This document shows, in pieces, positions 44,453 through 55,665 of a stretch of DNA of 64,000 nt. Below the pieces are notes generated by a model that saw only the letters and a list, made by a program, of their open reading frames with translations, was not told the DNA's origin and did no database searches. The position numbers and the translations under genes were made by a program. Within the stretch, counting starts at the first letter, position 1. Every line of letters begins with the position of its first letter. Source of the stretch: Mayamaea pseudoterrestris (Eukaryota); the NCBI GenBank assembly GCA_027923505.1, contig BROI01000002.1:310001-374000 (forward strand), read 5' to 3'.

Positions 44453-46381
44453 ATGGAGCACGACGACATTGACGCCGACGACATTATTGACCGCAACGAC
44501 TATTTTGATCCTCCCAATGCTCCCAACGAACACGCAGGAAGCGATGAGGAGACGCTAGACGACGACGAAGAAGAAGACGACGACGAAGAAGAAGACGACG
44601 ACGACGGCGATGACGACGGCGACAACCCCAGCGTGGACGTTGAAAACTGGGATGACATTCTCCATACCCTGTACCGGGTTCATTTGAAGCCTGAAATCAT
44701 TAGCAAAATCTCTGGCGAAGCTGATGATGCGAGTGACGACGCTGATGGTTATCATAACGACGACGATGATGATGACGACGACGAAGACGACGACGACGAT
44801 GATGATTATGTCAGGAACGAATTTGGGCCTGGAGCTGGCAATCACCTGGATTTGGACGCATTCGGTTTGCTTCCTCTCATTTGCCTTCCACAAGCACGAC
44901 AAGAGCTGATATCCGCCATTGAAGCGAAAGGGATCCGCACGATAGAAAAGATTACTATATGTTTTTATAATGACGAGTTTCGCGACCACGACGAAAGCAT
45001 TTTGAATGGATGTGTCGAGTGCTTCGAGGAGTGTGGACGTGTCTTTGCCTGTTGTAAAAAATTGCGGAAGATTGAATTTTATATCGATTTCGATTCGGTG
45101 GATATGGATGCATTTTATTCGAGAATGATTGCCCATGTTCAACATGTCAAGCAGGTAGCACTTACCATAAGGAACTCTGCTGCAGTAGGCTACGTCCCAA
45201 CAACCTTTTTGCAAACTGTCAGGTCGCTGCCTTGCCTTGAAAAGTTTGTGCTTGGCGAAGCAAATACCCCATCAATTCTAGCTTGTCTATCAAGCTTGGA
45301 AGCTGTGCCGACATTAAAAGCATTCACTTGGGGCATTGAAATATTGGAATATGCGGACTTGAAAGTCATAACCGTCGAGGAGGCTATGGCAGTGTCCCGT
45401 CTACTTGCTTTGAACAAGTTCGACAAGTTTGAGTTGAGATGTTTAAAGCTCACCGATCCTGTGGCGTCGCAGATTATTTGCGGGTCTATCTGTGCTGCTG
45501 ATCGTCTGAAGCAGCTTGATTTTGTCAATCTTGTCCTTGGGTCGACCATGGACGATTTTTTCGGAATAGTCGGGCAGCATCTACCCAGAATGAAGAATTT
45601 GGAGGCCATCCGCTTTGGCGGCTATGGCGGCTTGGGCGAGGAAGAAGACAGCACGAATGAAGTCAGCTCGCAATGCCAGCTTCACATCCTGCACGGGGCA
45701 GCACGAGCACCTAGACTTTACAAGTTGATACTCCCAAACTGCATTTGGAAGCCTCGGGTAGTGGCGGCACTTGCGTCTTACCTCTTAGCCGACTCACCCT
45801 TGCGCACTCTTGAAATCCGCGCACTACATTCTCATGATCCGTCTACCGCTTTTCAAAACTTGAATACTTCCCTGGAACATTGTAACCTTGAGCGACTCAG
45901 CTGCTTGTTGACTGACGAAGCAGACATATTAATGGTCGCGCGAGCAGTCGGAAGAAATCATTCAATTCACGCCCTTCATTTCCTGGGATCGCGCATCTCG
46001 TTCGAAACTACGAGTCAAGTCTGTCATGCAATGCGGCAAAATCAAACGCTTCAATACCTTTGTTGTTGTTCTGAATGGGACCCAGAAGAAATCGAACCGA
46101 ATCCTGAAGCATACCAGCGCATAGTCGATGCGCTTGCCACGAATATGGCTTTGAAATCAATCAACCTCGAGCCGTATCAGCATGCCTTTGGCATACATTT
46201 GGATTCGTTAATCCAAACGTATACCCGTTTGAACGTACGAGGCCGACGTTATGGTACGGCGGTAGACGACCCTGCTTTTTTCAAAGCAGCGATTAAGTTT
46301 CTGGAGAAAATCAACGACAGCCTCGACTGTCTCTACATCCATCTGCATGAAATTCCCATGCTGTTCAACCGTTGTAACTGA
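44453..46381 (+). CDS. RNI-like/LRR-type protein with highly acidic N-terminus
   Basis: D/E tracts; LxxL repeats (LRTLEI, NHSIHALHF, NQTLQYL, NMALKSINL); C-terminal RLNVRGRRY...SLDCLYIHLHEIPML as seen in diatom LRR families. Confidence 0.72.
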   Translation: MEHDDIDADDIIDRNDYFDPPNAPNEHAGSDEETLDDDEEEDDDEEEDDDDGDDDGDNPSVDVENWDDILHTLYRVHLKPEIISKISGEADDASDDADGYHNDDDDDDDDEDDDDDDDYVRNEFGPGAGNHLDLDAFGLLPLICLPQARQELISAIEAKGIRTIEKITICFYNDEFRDHDESILNGCVECFEECGRVFACCKKLRKIEFYIDFDSVDMDAFYSRMIAHVQHVKQVALTIRNSAAVGYVPTTFLQTVRSLPCLEKFVLGEANTPSILACLSSLEAVPTLKAFTWGIEILEYADLKVITVEEAMAVSRLLALNKFDKFELRCLKLTDPVASQIICGSICAADRLKQLDFVNLVLGSTMDDFFGIVGQHLPRMKNLEAIRFGGYGGLGEEEDSTNEVSSQCQLHILHGAARAPRLYKLILPNCIWKPRVVAALASYLLADSPLRTLEIRALHSHDPSTAFQNLNTSLEHCNLERLSCLLTDEADILMVARAVGRNHSIHALHFLGSRISFETTSQVCHAMRQNQTLQYLCCCSEWDPEEIEPNPEAYQRIVDALATNMALKSINLEPYQHAFGIHLDSLIQTYTRLNVRGRRYGTAVDDPAFFKAAIKFLEKINDSLDCLYIHLHEIPMLFNRCN

Positions 46382-46654
46382 TAATCACAGCTCGAATTGT
46401 CGTATGTATGTTGTGCAGGTGCAAGTGTGCAGCCTTGAAACCGTAGTCGGTTGTAAAGAGACGCCGGTTTTGTATAACCTTACAATTCACTTTGGAAGGA
46501 CGCGCTTGATGCGGTTCCTTTTTTCTAAACAAAGTTAATAAGTGGCAATAGTTTATTTCTTTAAGCTGTCTTGCAATACTTTTAAGGCATAGAATCGAGA
46601 CCGTAAATGTGGGCGGCCAGCAGCTTGCCCAAACAAGCATCCCAAAACTGTCGC

Positions 46655-48241
46655 TTAGAACACGGCTTCAAACGACAGCGACACTGGTTGCGGTCGCGGC
46701 GCCCGCCTTCTCCTCAATCGTTGTTGTTGTTCTTGCTTACTTGCCACACCGTCGTGTTCCCGTCCAGCTTGCTCCGGCTCTACAAAACCCTGCACCAGCA
46801 AGCGACAGGTCGAGTTCGACCACTGAACGAGAACGACGGGTCGAACCTTCTTGTCCGACACACTTGCAAGCGAGCAAGATGACGATTCACGAGGCGACCG
46901 CAAGTTCCAAGCGTCATTGCCAGTTCCGTATTCAATCGTTGCCTTCCACGTCTTGGGTGGACATCCACCGCCACTTTTCGACGCGCCACTGGCAGCTTCC
47001 GCAGTGCCACTGCCACTTGAATCCATCTGCTGCTGCCGCCGCGCCACCACGGACCCCAGCGTGCGCGCTATCCGGTGCATGACGGTCAGGTAGAGCTGCA
47101 GTCCGTGCTGCGCCTCCTGAGGAACGGCCATGGTGCGCGTCGACGTCGTCATGGTCTTACCGCACCCCGGCTTTCGCCGTCGCACCTGCATCCAGTCAAT
47201 GTGGTGAATGTAACTTGCGTCGTTGTTGTTTAATAAAGACTGTGGTGTCATCATGTTGCTCAGTAGCTGAATGCTGCACTGCGCTTGCTGCGGACTCGTC
47301 TTGCTGCTGTGACTGTTTCCTCGTGCTAGACCACCATCATTATCATCACTCTGCTGCATTCGCAGCAAACTACTTGCCACGATTAAATGATGCTGCAGCA
47401 ACTGATGCGGCACGCCATGTCCTTCCAGTACATACGCCTGCGGCGACACTGCCACGTTAGCTTGTCGCTGCACCAGCTTTTTCAGCAACGTGTAAACGGC
47501 CTTTTTGCCACGCAGCAGTCGCTTGGAGGCTTCCGTTCCCGACTTTGTTGTGGCGGCAGTGGCCGACGTTACGCAGTAGGAGCGAGTGTCCAGTAGCGCC
47601 GAAACGTGCAGCGTCGGTAGGTTAGTAATGAAAGGTAACAATGATGGACGAGTAAGAGGTTGTTGTTGATCATCAAGACTTGATAATGATAATGATGAAG
47701 ATGATGATTGACTCTTGACAACATGCTGATGATGACAACTCAAGGAAAGAATGGTTTGCTGGTTGCAATCGGTAATCTTTTCAATCGGAGCGCGCTGCAC
47801 GAATTCACCAAAGTTTGGCATGGATGCATTGGGTGCTGCACCGTGCGATGGCGCCTTGCTATCAATATTCAAACTGCTTTTGGCGTTTCGTCGCACCTTG
47901 ACTCGTCGGGGATGCTCGGAATGCACAACACTCGTCGTTTTGACTGCATCATCCTCCTGTTTGCCTCTTGATTTACTCACAATCTTGCTGCTGCTCAATG
48001 CAGAATCATGACTCGCAGTATTATTGTTATTATGAGTTGCATTTGCAATTGCAGTAGTAGCCGTTGATGATGCTGCTGCTGCTGCTGCTGCTGCATTCTT
48101 TTTGCGAAAATGATTGCTGCTGCTGTAGCGCTGCAGTGTCTTTGACGCACCAGAACTGCATGGCAACGACTGCAGACACGAGACGGCTGGTAGTGCAGCA
48201 TGGCGCAGGCGCAATAAACTTGTGCGAGACGTTGCAAGCAT
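46655..48241 (-). CDS. Hypothetical low-complexity protein, possibly mitochondrion-targeted
   Basis: Long ORF; Arg/Ser/Leu-rich leader MLATSRTSLLRLRH; polyA and polyS tracts; no recognised domain. Confidence 0.6.
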   Translation of the reverse strand: MLATSRTSLLRLRHAALPAVSCLQSLPCSSGASKTLQRYSSSNHFRKKNAAAAAAAASSTATTAIANATHNNNNTASHDSALSSSKIVSKSRGKQEDDAVKTTSVVHSEHPRRVKVRRNAKSSLNIDSKAPSHGAAPNASMPNFGEFVQRAPIEKITDCNQQTILSLSCHHQHVVKSQSSSSSLSLSSLDDQQQPLTRPSLLPFITNLPTLHVSALLDTRSYCVTSATAATTKSGTEASKRLLRGKKAVYTLLKKLVQRQANVAVSPQAYVLEGHGVPHQLLQHHLIVASSLLRMQQSDDNDGGLARGNSHSSKTSPQQAQCSIQLLSNMMTPQSLLNNNDASYIHHIDWMQVRRRKPGCGKTMTTSTRTMAVPQEAQHGLQLYLTVMHRIARTLGSVVARRQQQMDSSGSGTAEAASGASKSGGGCPPKTWKATIEYGTGNDAWNLRSPRESSSCSLASVSDKKVRPVVLVQWSNSTCRLLVQGFVEPEQAGREHDGVASKQEQQQRLRRRRAPRPQPVSLSFEAVF

Positions 48242-48678
48242 ATCAATGGAGTGCAATTGAAGGGAACTGGATGTATTGAATGAAGCGAAACGCAGCAAGC
48301 AGCAACGAGAAGGGTGTCAGAACCTTGTTAGCTACCGTAGTAAAGCCACCAAATATAGTCTTGGCTCAAAGACAAGTCGAATGGACAGCGAGAATACTCT
48401 CAAGGCGAAGGAAGAAACGAGCGAGCAAAAGGTGCGTGCTGCCATGGTGGATGCCATCACAGTCGCGTGTTCGTGCCGGAAGCGAGAAATGTCGCTCCGC
48501 CACTATGGAAACTCCCAGACGGCACTGAAAAGACATCGAAAATCGCGATCGGTCGCGACATGCGAATCGTCCATTGCCTTCCATCTCAAAAAGAGCCGGC
48601 TCGTTCTGGATCATTTCCACTCGAACAAGCAAGCGAGTAGACGATATTTGACATTTACGACAACATAATAATTGAGCA

Positions 48679-49254
48679 ATGACTTTCTCAAACTCCATTT
48701 CCAAAGCATCGCGTGCTTTGGCTGCTCGATCAATGTTGATGAAGCGAAACCCCTTCATCGCGGTGAGTGCTCCTGCCGTCTTTCTAATTTGAATCGATTC
48801 AATTTACTGCATTAATACGATCGTGTAATTGGATGTTTTGATTTCTTGGAATGAATGCTGCTGCTCGAATTTCACTTCATTACGAAGCAATGAATGAATG
48901 AAAGGCCTTATGCTTCTCCTTCTCCTTTGTACTCACAAATCATTTTGCCATTCACAGCAGCCGCCACAAACAGCACTCTACTATCAGCAGAAGCGTTCGT
49001 TCGTCGCATCCGGCGTGGCCGCGCCCCGACCCGCCAAGGTACCCGGTCCCGAAACGGCCACGTCCAATCCTCCGGCGCCCGGTGGAGGCACATCCATGAT
49101 GGAGCGACTGGGAAGCTTTTTGGTGGGCGCCGGCTTGGCCGGATTGCTGTCGCAATACTATCTATACCAGGAGCTGCTGACGAGCAACGCGCGCATGATT
49201 GAGCGGCAGCATGATTTGGAGAAGCGTATCAAGATGTTGGAAGGAAGCAAGTAA
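48679..49254 (+). CDS. Small single-TM coiled-coil protein, probably mitochondrial; 2 exons
   Basis: Exon 1 48679-48762 (MTFSNSISKASRALAARSMLMKRNPFIA), donor GTGAGT, acceptor CAGCAG at 48957/48960. Exon 2 has TM LGSFLVGAGLAGLLSQYYLY followed by a coiled coil. Confidence 0.65.
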
Positions 49255-49463
49255 TAAGAGAGAAACGAGATACGGGGCATAGACAGGACATGGAATATAG
49301 CTTAATGAATGAAACTACTTTATGCGAATTTTATTTACAATTGATTATAATTTACTTGCGTAATTTTTTTTGCGCTTGCACCGTCATGTACCTTCATTTA
49401 ACCTACCGGTACGCCTTCCGTCCTGCCCATTATTCATGCAACTACTGGTACGTCCAGTTGTGC

Positions 49464-52085
49464 TTACTCTCGCTTGACTTGCCGCAGCACCTCCGCCTTG
49501 CGACACAGCACTTCCACCGCCGCCACAATCTGCGGCACCGTTTCCGTCGGCCGCTCCGTCCAGTCGCCGTGGCCGTCGCCGCGAAACAAGACGCTGTGGC
49601 ATGGAGCGTCTTGCGTCAAGAATGATTGATTTAGTTGCGCAAAGTCAGTGACTGGAACATTGTTGCGGCGAAAGTATGATTCGACTTGCGCTGCTGGTAC
49701 GAGTGTGTCTCGCTCACTCAAAAAGACACTGCATGGAACATCAATTTGATCGAGAAACAAGGATATCCATGCCCACGGAAAGCTTCGCTGGACGGTCCAA
49801 TTAACAATGGCGTCGGCTCGAACAAAGTAGGCCAACTGTCCCAGGTCGGGTGGCAAGTATACAAAGGCCTTGGTCAATCGAGGTTGATGTAGACAAAAGC
49901 AAATGGGGTCGAGGAACAGGACGGCCGACACGGCGTGCGAGGCAAACTTGATCATGTAGGACAACCACGACGTGCCATACGAGTGACCAACCCATGTGCC
50001 GCTCATGTATCCGTGCGTCGCCAGCATGGCATTCATGGTTGATGCCACCGTTGCTGGAGACAAGACTGCATCTGGTGATTGCAGTGGACGAAAGGCCGAC
50101 ACGTAGGGAATCTCGGGAAGAAGAACGGGTCGTCCCGTTGCCAGCAGAGCGTCAATCAAGGGTACGTAGGCAATGAGACCGACGCCAATGCCGTGAACAA
50201 AGACGATTGGAATGTCGGAAGCGTCTGCGTCATGATTGTCGTAAGAAGCGCCAGAGACTACTTCGTCACCCAGCGCCCTTTTACCAGGATGTACGTAGTA
50301 GCTGACTGGACCAATGGATCGTCGCTCAAACCCTCGTCGATGCAGCATGATTCGCAACGGAACCTCCGTCGCTACATTTAACGTGACACAGAACCATAGC
50401 GGATACGTGACAATCCCCAGCAACGGATCTGACGAGTACTTGGCGAACCGCCGCGGCTCGCGGTGCTGCAGAAACGGCAAGTTTTTGCGAGCATACCCCG
50501 TCGCTTGCTCAAACGCCGCTTGCGCCTTTTGCTCCAGCAGCTCCAGCGAATCGTTGCATTCCGTAATGCGCCGCATCATCATGGACATTTGTCGGGCTGG
50601 AACAGCCGACGACATTTCGCGCATGCGCTTGAGCATAATCTTGTAGCCCTTTAGTTGCTGCGTCAGTCGTTGACGCTGCTTGGAAAAGAGCCGGGCCTGC
50701 TCGAGTCGATCGCGCATGCTGGCCTTGATGGTGACCACCGAGTTCCAAGCGTCAAAGAGTTGCGCGCGCGTGGCATGGCTCATGGCAGTCAGTTGCTTGT
50801 CAATGCTGGAACCAGGCGTCACAACTGTTTCGTACACTTGGTTAGCTGTGGCAATGGCTGTTTCCTCGGCTCCAACAATGGTTTGTTTCGCTTCCGCCAT
50901 GACTGTTTTCATTTTTGCGGCAGGGTCAAAGTCGGAAACCATTTCCTTCAAGTCTTGAATGGGATGAAACTCAGGCGCCAGGCTCATCATTTGATCATAG
51001 CGCGTCTTGTAAGCTTCGTAAAAGTCGGAAAAGAAGCTTGGCTCCTGCACATCACCAGCGTGCGCGAATCGAAACACTAGCATGTAGGAAGCGAAAGGGA
51101 TAGCGTGAGGCGCGACATTTGAGTGACGCCGACGAAAATTACGACGACTGCTCGCTCATGTTCCTGGCCATTCCTTTCACTTACTCTTCTTTGGCTTTGG
51201 AAGGTTTCGTCTCCACTCTGGCTCTTCCACTGGCAGCCTTCCAATCTCAACTGCATCTCCATTTATTTCAGTTTCCTCACTGGCATGCTCACTATCATGT
51301 TCGTCGTCATCACCATCCAGCGCTTCACCATGCAAGTACAGACTCAATCGATATTCCGCTTCCGCCAAGAACGTTTCCAATTGATCCAACTCCTCCGACG
51401 TTAAATGCTCCTGATGCCTTCCTTCAAACATGCTCCACGCAATAAAGTCTCGTATATCATAGTTACTAATTTCTTCGAGTTGGGAGTCAAAGAACCACCC
51501 GCACAGAAACGACACTGGATCATTCGACACTTCCTCCATCATGCGCTTCCACAAAAGCGCCCGGTCCGATAGTTCCATGAGTGGCGCCGCCGAAAGGCAG
51601 GCTTCCAGCGGATCCTTGCGCTGCAACCACACCAAATGAATCTTCATGCACACGTACCAAATGGCTTCCAGCCAGCACCAAATTTCAATGGCGACGCGCA
51701 GTGTGCCTTTTGTACTCACTGCATCATTGTCTAGTCGCAGTATCATATTGACAATAGGCCCAACGTTTCGTTGCATCCACGAGTCGCGCAGCGCCTCCAG
51801 CTGCGTTGTATGGCGGAGTAGCACGAGAAAAATGTACGCGTAGCAACCCGGCACCACCAAGTGCACCATGAACCAAATCAAGGCCCAGCCACTGGCGAAT
51901 CCAACGTAGTCGTCCGGCGTGGGCATGATAATCGGAGACTGAAAGACGCGGCGCGAAACGTAGCGGCGTAGTGGAGTCAATGGGCGATGATGATTGTTAT
52001 TGTTTAGTGTATTGCTGCTTGCTGGTGATGAATGGGCGGTGTTTTGGCTTGACATTGCTGTCATTACTCCGGCTTGGGGAGGCAT
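49464..52085 (-). CDS. Membrane-associated alpha/beta hydrolase; 2 exons
   Basis: PIVFVHGIGVG oxyanion motif, nucleophile elbow GHSYG, FLDPICF, SERDTLV (Asp), GHG (His); N-terminal TM segments. Intron 51077-51184. Confidence 0.82.
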
Positions 52086-52499
52086 GACTCTCTCTATATT
52101 TTTATTCTGTTTGTCTTAGTCTTTTTCAATGTTCTCTGACCTCGTTTAACTTTGATAATTGTCGATGCTTGCAATTCGTCTTCCAATTGAATCGGAAAGC
52201 CAATCCCAGATGAGAATGATGAACAATCCCAGACGACTCGACTCGTCGCTCGCTTTAACGTGTATTTATGTTATTATACTGTCAAATTAAATATGTTAAA
52301 GCTGTAGGGGTCGTTGGCACTGCCATGTTTGAATCTCCTCTTTGATGTTCCATCGACAACGACATGGCGACGACCACGAAAGCGAGCGTCACTTGTGAAA
52401 ACTACGTCTTTTCAGTGGTGCTTACAATCCTTTCAACGCGCCTGTCTGTCACGTTGCGACATTTCATGCATTGGCTCACATTGCCTCATTCGTTTCACC

Positions 52500-53613
52500 A
52501 TGTTCATGGGCCGTACAATCGTCACTCGCCATTGCTACTATTACTATTCGCTACTATTGCTGTCTCGTTTGCTTGGATCGACGAAATCATTCTCCGTCAT
52601 GACTGCCACTGCAACTATCGCTAAAACAAGAGGAGCATTCATTGTGCTGGAAGGAGTCGATCGATGCGGCAAGACGACGCAAGTGGCGCGGCTGGTGGAG
52701 CGATTGACCAAGGAGAGTCAAACTCATAGTGTGGAATCAGCAGCATGTTCACCCGTCGTCGCCATGCGCTTCCCCGATCGAACGACGCCAGTTGGTCGCA
52801 TCATTCACGAGTACTTAACAATGTCAAGCAGCGCCAATAGCGCACTCGACGACCACGCCATTCACTTGCTCTTTTCCTCCAATCGATGGGAAGCTTCCGA
52901 AACAATATTGCAACATTTACAACAAGGAACCACCATTGTGTGCGACCGCTACGTGCATTCCGGTGTCGCCTTTTCGTCGGCCAAAGTGAAAGCAACAAGT
53001 GATGGAAGTAATGATGATGGTACTACATCCGTCACGTCATCATCCGAGACCACCACCACTGAATCATCGCTACTGTCGTTGGAGTGGTGCATGGCGCCCG
53101 ATAAAGGCTTGCCGGCACCCGACTGCGTCATTTTCCTGGATATTTCGCCGGAGCAAGCGGCGGAGCGAGGAGGGTACGTGTAGTGCCGTAGTATAGTGTA
53201 ACATGAATGATCATGGTGATCAAGTAATGCTGGCAGTGAAACGAATGACATGAACTCTAACGCTTTCACATTGACTTTCTTCTTTTCACGTTTCGTTGCG
53301 TTGCACTTGTCTCTCTGCACTGTCTTGGATTAACCACGACAGATACGGAAACGAGCGCTACGAGCAACGTGACATGCAAATGCGCGTTCGGAAACGCTTC
53401 CACGAGCTCCAACACATGGATGCGCCGGCAACAGATAGTGCGACAGACAGTACTAGTAGTAACATTCCTTGGTACACTGTTGCCGCGGCGCAAAGCATGG
53501 ATCAAGTGGAAGAGGAAATTTACAAAGCAGTCCAAACGACTTTATCAGAGGTCCAACAGGGCAAGCCGCTTGGCAAAATGTGGGAACATGGAGCGTACGA
53601 CTTGAATGAATGA
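52500..53613 (+). CDS. DTYMK: Thymidylate (dTMP) kinase; 2 exons
   Basis: RGAFIVLEGVDRCGKTTQ P-loop, RFPDRTT, HLLFSSNRWE, DRYVHSGVAFS, GLPAPD, GG|YGNERYE. Intron 53174-53342. Confidence 0.95.
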
Positions 53614-53804
53614 ACGAATGAACGAATTGCTTTTGAGAATATCTTGATTGACTGCGCATCTCGTGAGAATACTCGAAATGGCGCACATGCCTTTGGAAGT
53701 GGCTTGTCAAATTAATTACATGGGATCCCACCTTGTCGCCCTCATCACGCTAAAACATTGTTTTGTCATTTTGCTACTTGACTCATTTCTGTTTGCCTTG
53801 TATG

Positions 53805-54056
53805 CTATCGCTTAGTTTCCAATTCACAATCGTTCGAAATACCAGTCACTGATTCCATTTGCTGCTGCTGCTGCTGCTCCATCTCCATTAACTCCTGATG
53901 CCGCTTCTCCACGAGCCGCTGTCTCCAACTTATCGCAAATGTGGTGAACAGTAGTTGCGACGACAGGAGTAGCTTGTAGTGCAACGGCATGCGGCGCAAC
54001 CACGCCAGCTTATTTGCGAAAGATGATGATCGTGGCGGTGGTGGCGCTTCTGCCAT
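53805..54056 (-). CDS. Small hypothetical single-TM protein
   Basis: 83-aa ORF with AAA-ATG-G start, one hydrophobic stretch and polyQ; fills the gap between two genes. Confidence 0.5.
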   Translation of the reverse strand: MAEAPPPPRSSSFANKLAWLRRMPLHYKLLLSSQLLFTTFAISWRQRLVEKRHQELMEMEQQQQQQMESVTGISNDCELETKR

Positions 54057-54374
54057 TTTTCGTCGGAAATAAGCAAAAGATATAACAAACTGTATTCTTG
54101 ATTAATTCGAACCAATGTTCTCTCTACCTAGTCATGCTCCTCATTCTTCTCGTTGTTTATCATATCCCACGGCAGGCGCGGTGCGCATGATGTTGTTTTC
54201 GTGCTAGTAACGATACGACAATTAAATCGTACCGGTACTGGATCTTTTGTGGAATCCATTGTGGAATCCATTCGCTGCGCGCGTCACCATGGATGGATGG
54301 ACGCCTCTTGACACTTAAAACTCGTTGCAGCGCAAGAAGCATCAATACCTTCCTACATTTTATTTATCATTACA

Positions 54375-55418
54375 ATGCTGTCTCTCTCTCGCTCTGCCAT
54401 TTCATCAGCCTCGTGCTTGCGCAAGGCGCGCTTGTTGCCGCTGATTGCTTCATCATCATTCACTCCACGCTCCTTTTCGTCGTCGCAACTCCAAGACTCC
54501 TACGACCACATTTTGGTGGAGCGTCGTGACGCCGTCGGACTCTTGACCCTCAATCGCCCCAAGACGCTCAACGCGCTCAGTGACGCCCTGTTTGCCGACT
54601 TGATACACGCCGCTACTGCGCTTGACGCCGACGACTCGATTCGCTGCCTCGTGCTGACGGGATCCACCAAGGCCTTTGCCGCGGGCGCTGACATTAGTGA
54701 AATGAAGAGTCAAACCTTTGACCATGCCCATAAAACCAACATGTTTTCCGGTTGGAACAAGATGAGCCAATTGAGCAAGCCGATCATTGCTTCCGTCAAT
54801 GGCTTTTGCTTGGGTGGTGGCTGCGAACTGGCCATGATGTGCGATTTCATCGTGGCGGGCGACAGGGCCAAGTTTGGACAGCCGGAAATTAATCTCGGAG
54901 TCATTCCGGTATGTAGAAATGAGGGTATGAACATGGAAATGCAAAATGAGTGTCTTGTGTATGAGTGTCTTTAGCATTATGTTGTTTCGCTGCCATTCAT
55001 CTGCTGTTTCAAGATGATATTCGCTGCTCACCCACCAACAACCAACTCTCTACAACAGGGCGCCGGAGGCACCCAACGCTTGACCCGCGCCATTGGCAAG
55101 TCCAAGGCCATGTACATGTGCTTGACGGGCGAACTAATGTCGGCGGACGACATGGAACGCGCCGGCTTGGTGGCCAAGGTCTTTCCAGCCGACGAATTGC
55201 TCGAAAAAACGTTGGAGATTGCGCAAACGATTGCCACTAAAGGACAAATGAGCGTGTTAATGGCCAAGGAGGCGGTGAATGCTTCGCAGGAAGTGTCGCT
55301 GCAGGAAGGCTTGCGGCTGGAGCGACGGTTCTTTCACTCACTCTTTGCCACGGCGGATCAAAAGGAAGGCATGGATGCCTTTTTGAACAAGCGACCAGCA
55401 GAGTTTACGCACAAGTAA
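54375..55418 (+). CDS. ECHS1: Mitochondrial short-chain enoyl-CoA hydratase (crotonase); 2 exons
   Basis: Transit peptide; LNRPKTLNAL, AFAAGADI, GGGCELAMMCD, FGQPEINLGVIP|GAGGTQRL, DQKEGM. Intron 54909-55058. Confidence 0.95.
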
Positions 55419-55665
55419 GTTATTATAATATACATATGTGAGACGCATAGTAGTTGAGCCAGCGTACGGTCTTAGTGTGTAAGCTTCTCTATAATTTGTA
55501 GTGCTCATACTCGTACTCTATACTACGCTGCGTCGTGTTTATGGGGCTTACGAGTCGTCGTGTACAGTGCTGTATCTGATACGAAATGTCAACTCACTTC
55601 GTATACGCCCGTTTGCACTTGCAGATGTGGGTGGGACTTGGCAGGCTGCATGGTGACTCTCATGT

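Noticed and set aside
47380..47450. YVLEGHGVP resembling the N-terminal motif of 2OG dioxygenases
   Set aside because: No HxD...H triad recognisable downstream.
48366..48758. 130-aa minus-strand ORF
   Set aside because: No recognisable motif; it overlaps the better-supported first exon on the plus strand and the intergenic promoter region.
54247..54272. 12-bp tandem duplication TTGTGGAATCCA x2 in a bidirectional promoter
   Set aside because: Only two units; simple slippage is sufficient and no function can be supported.
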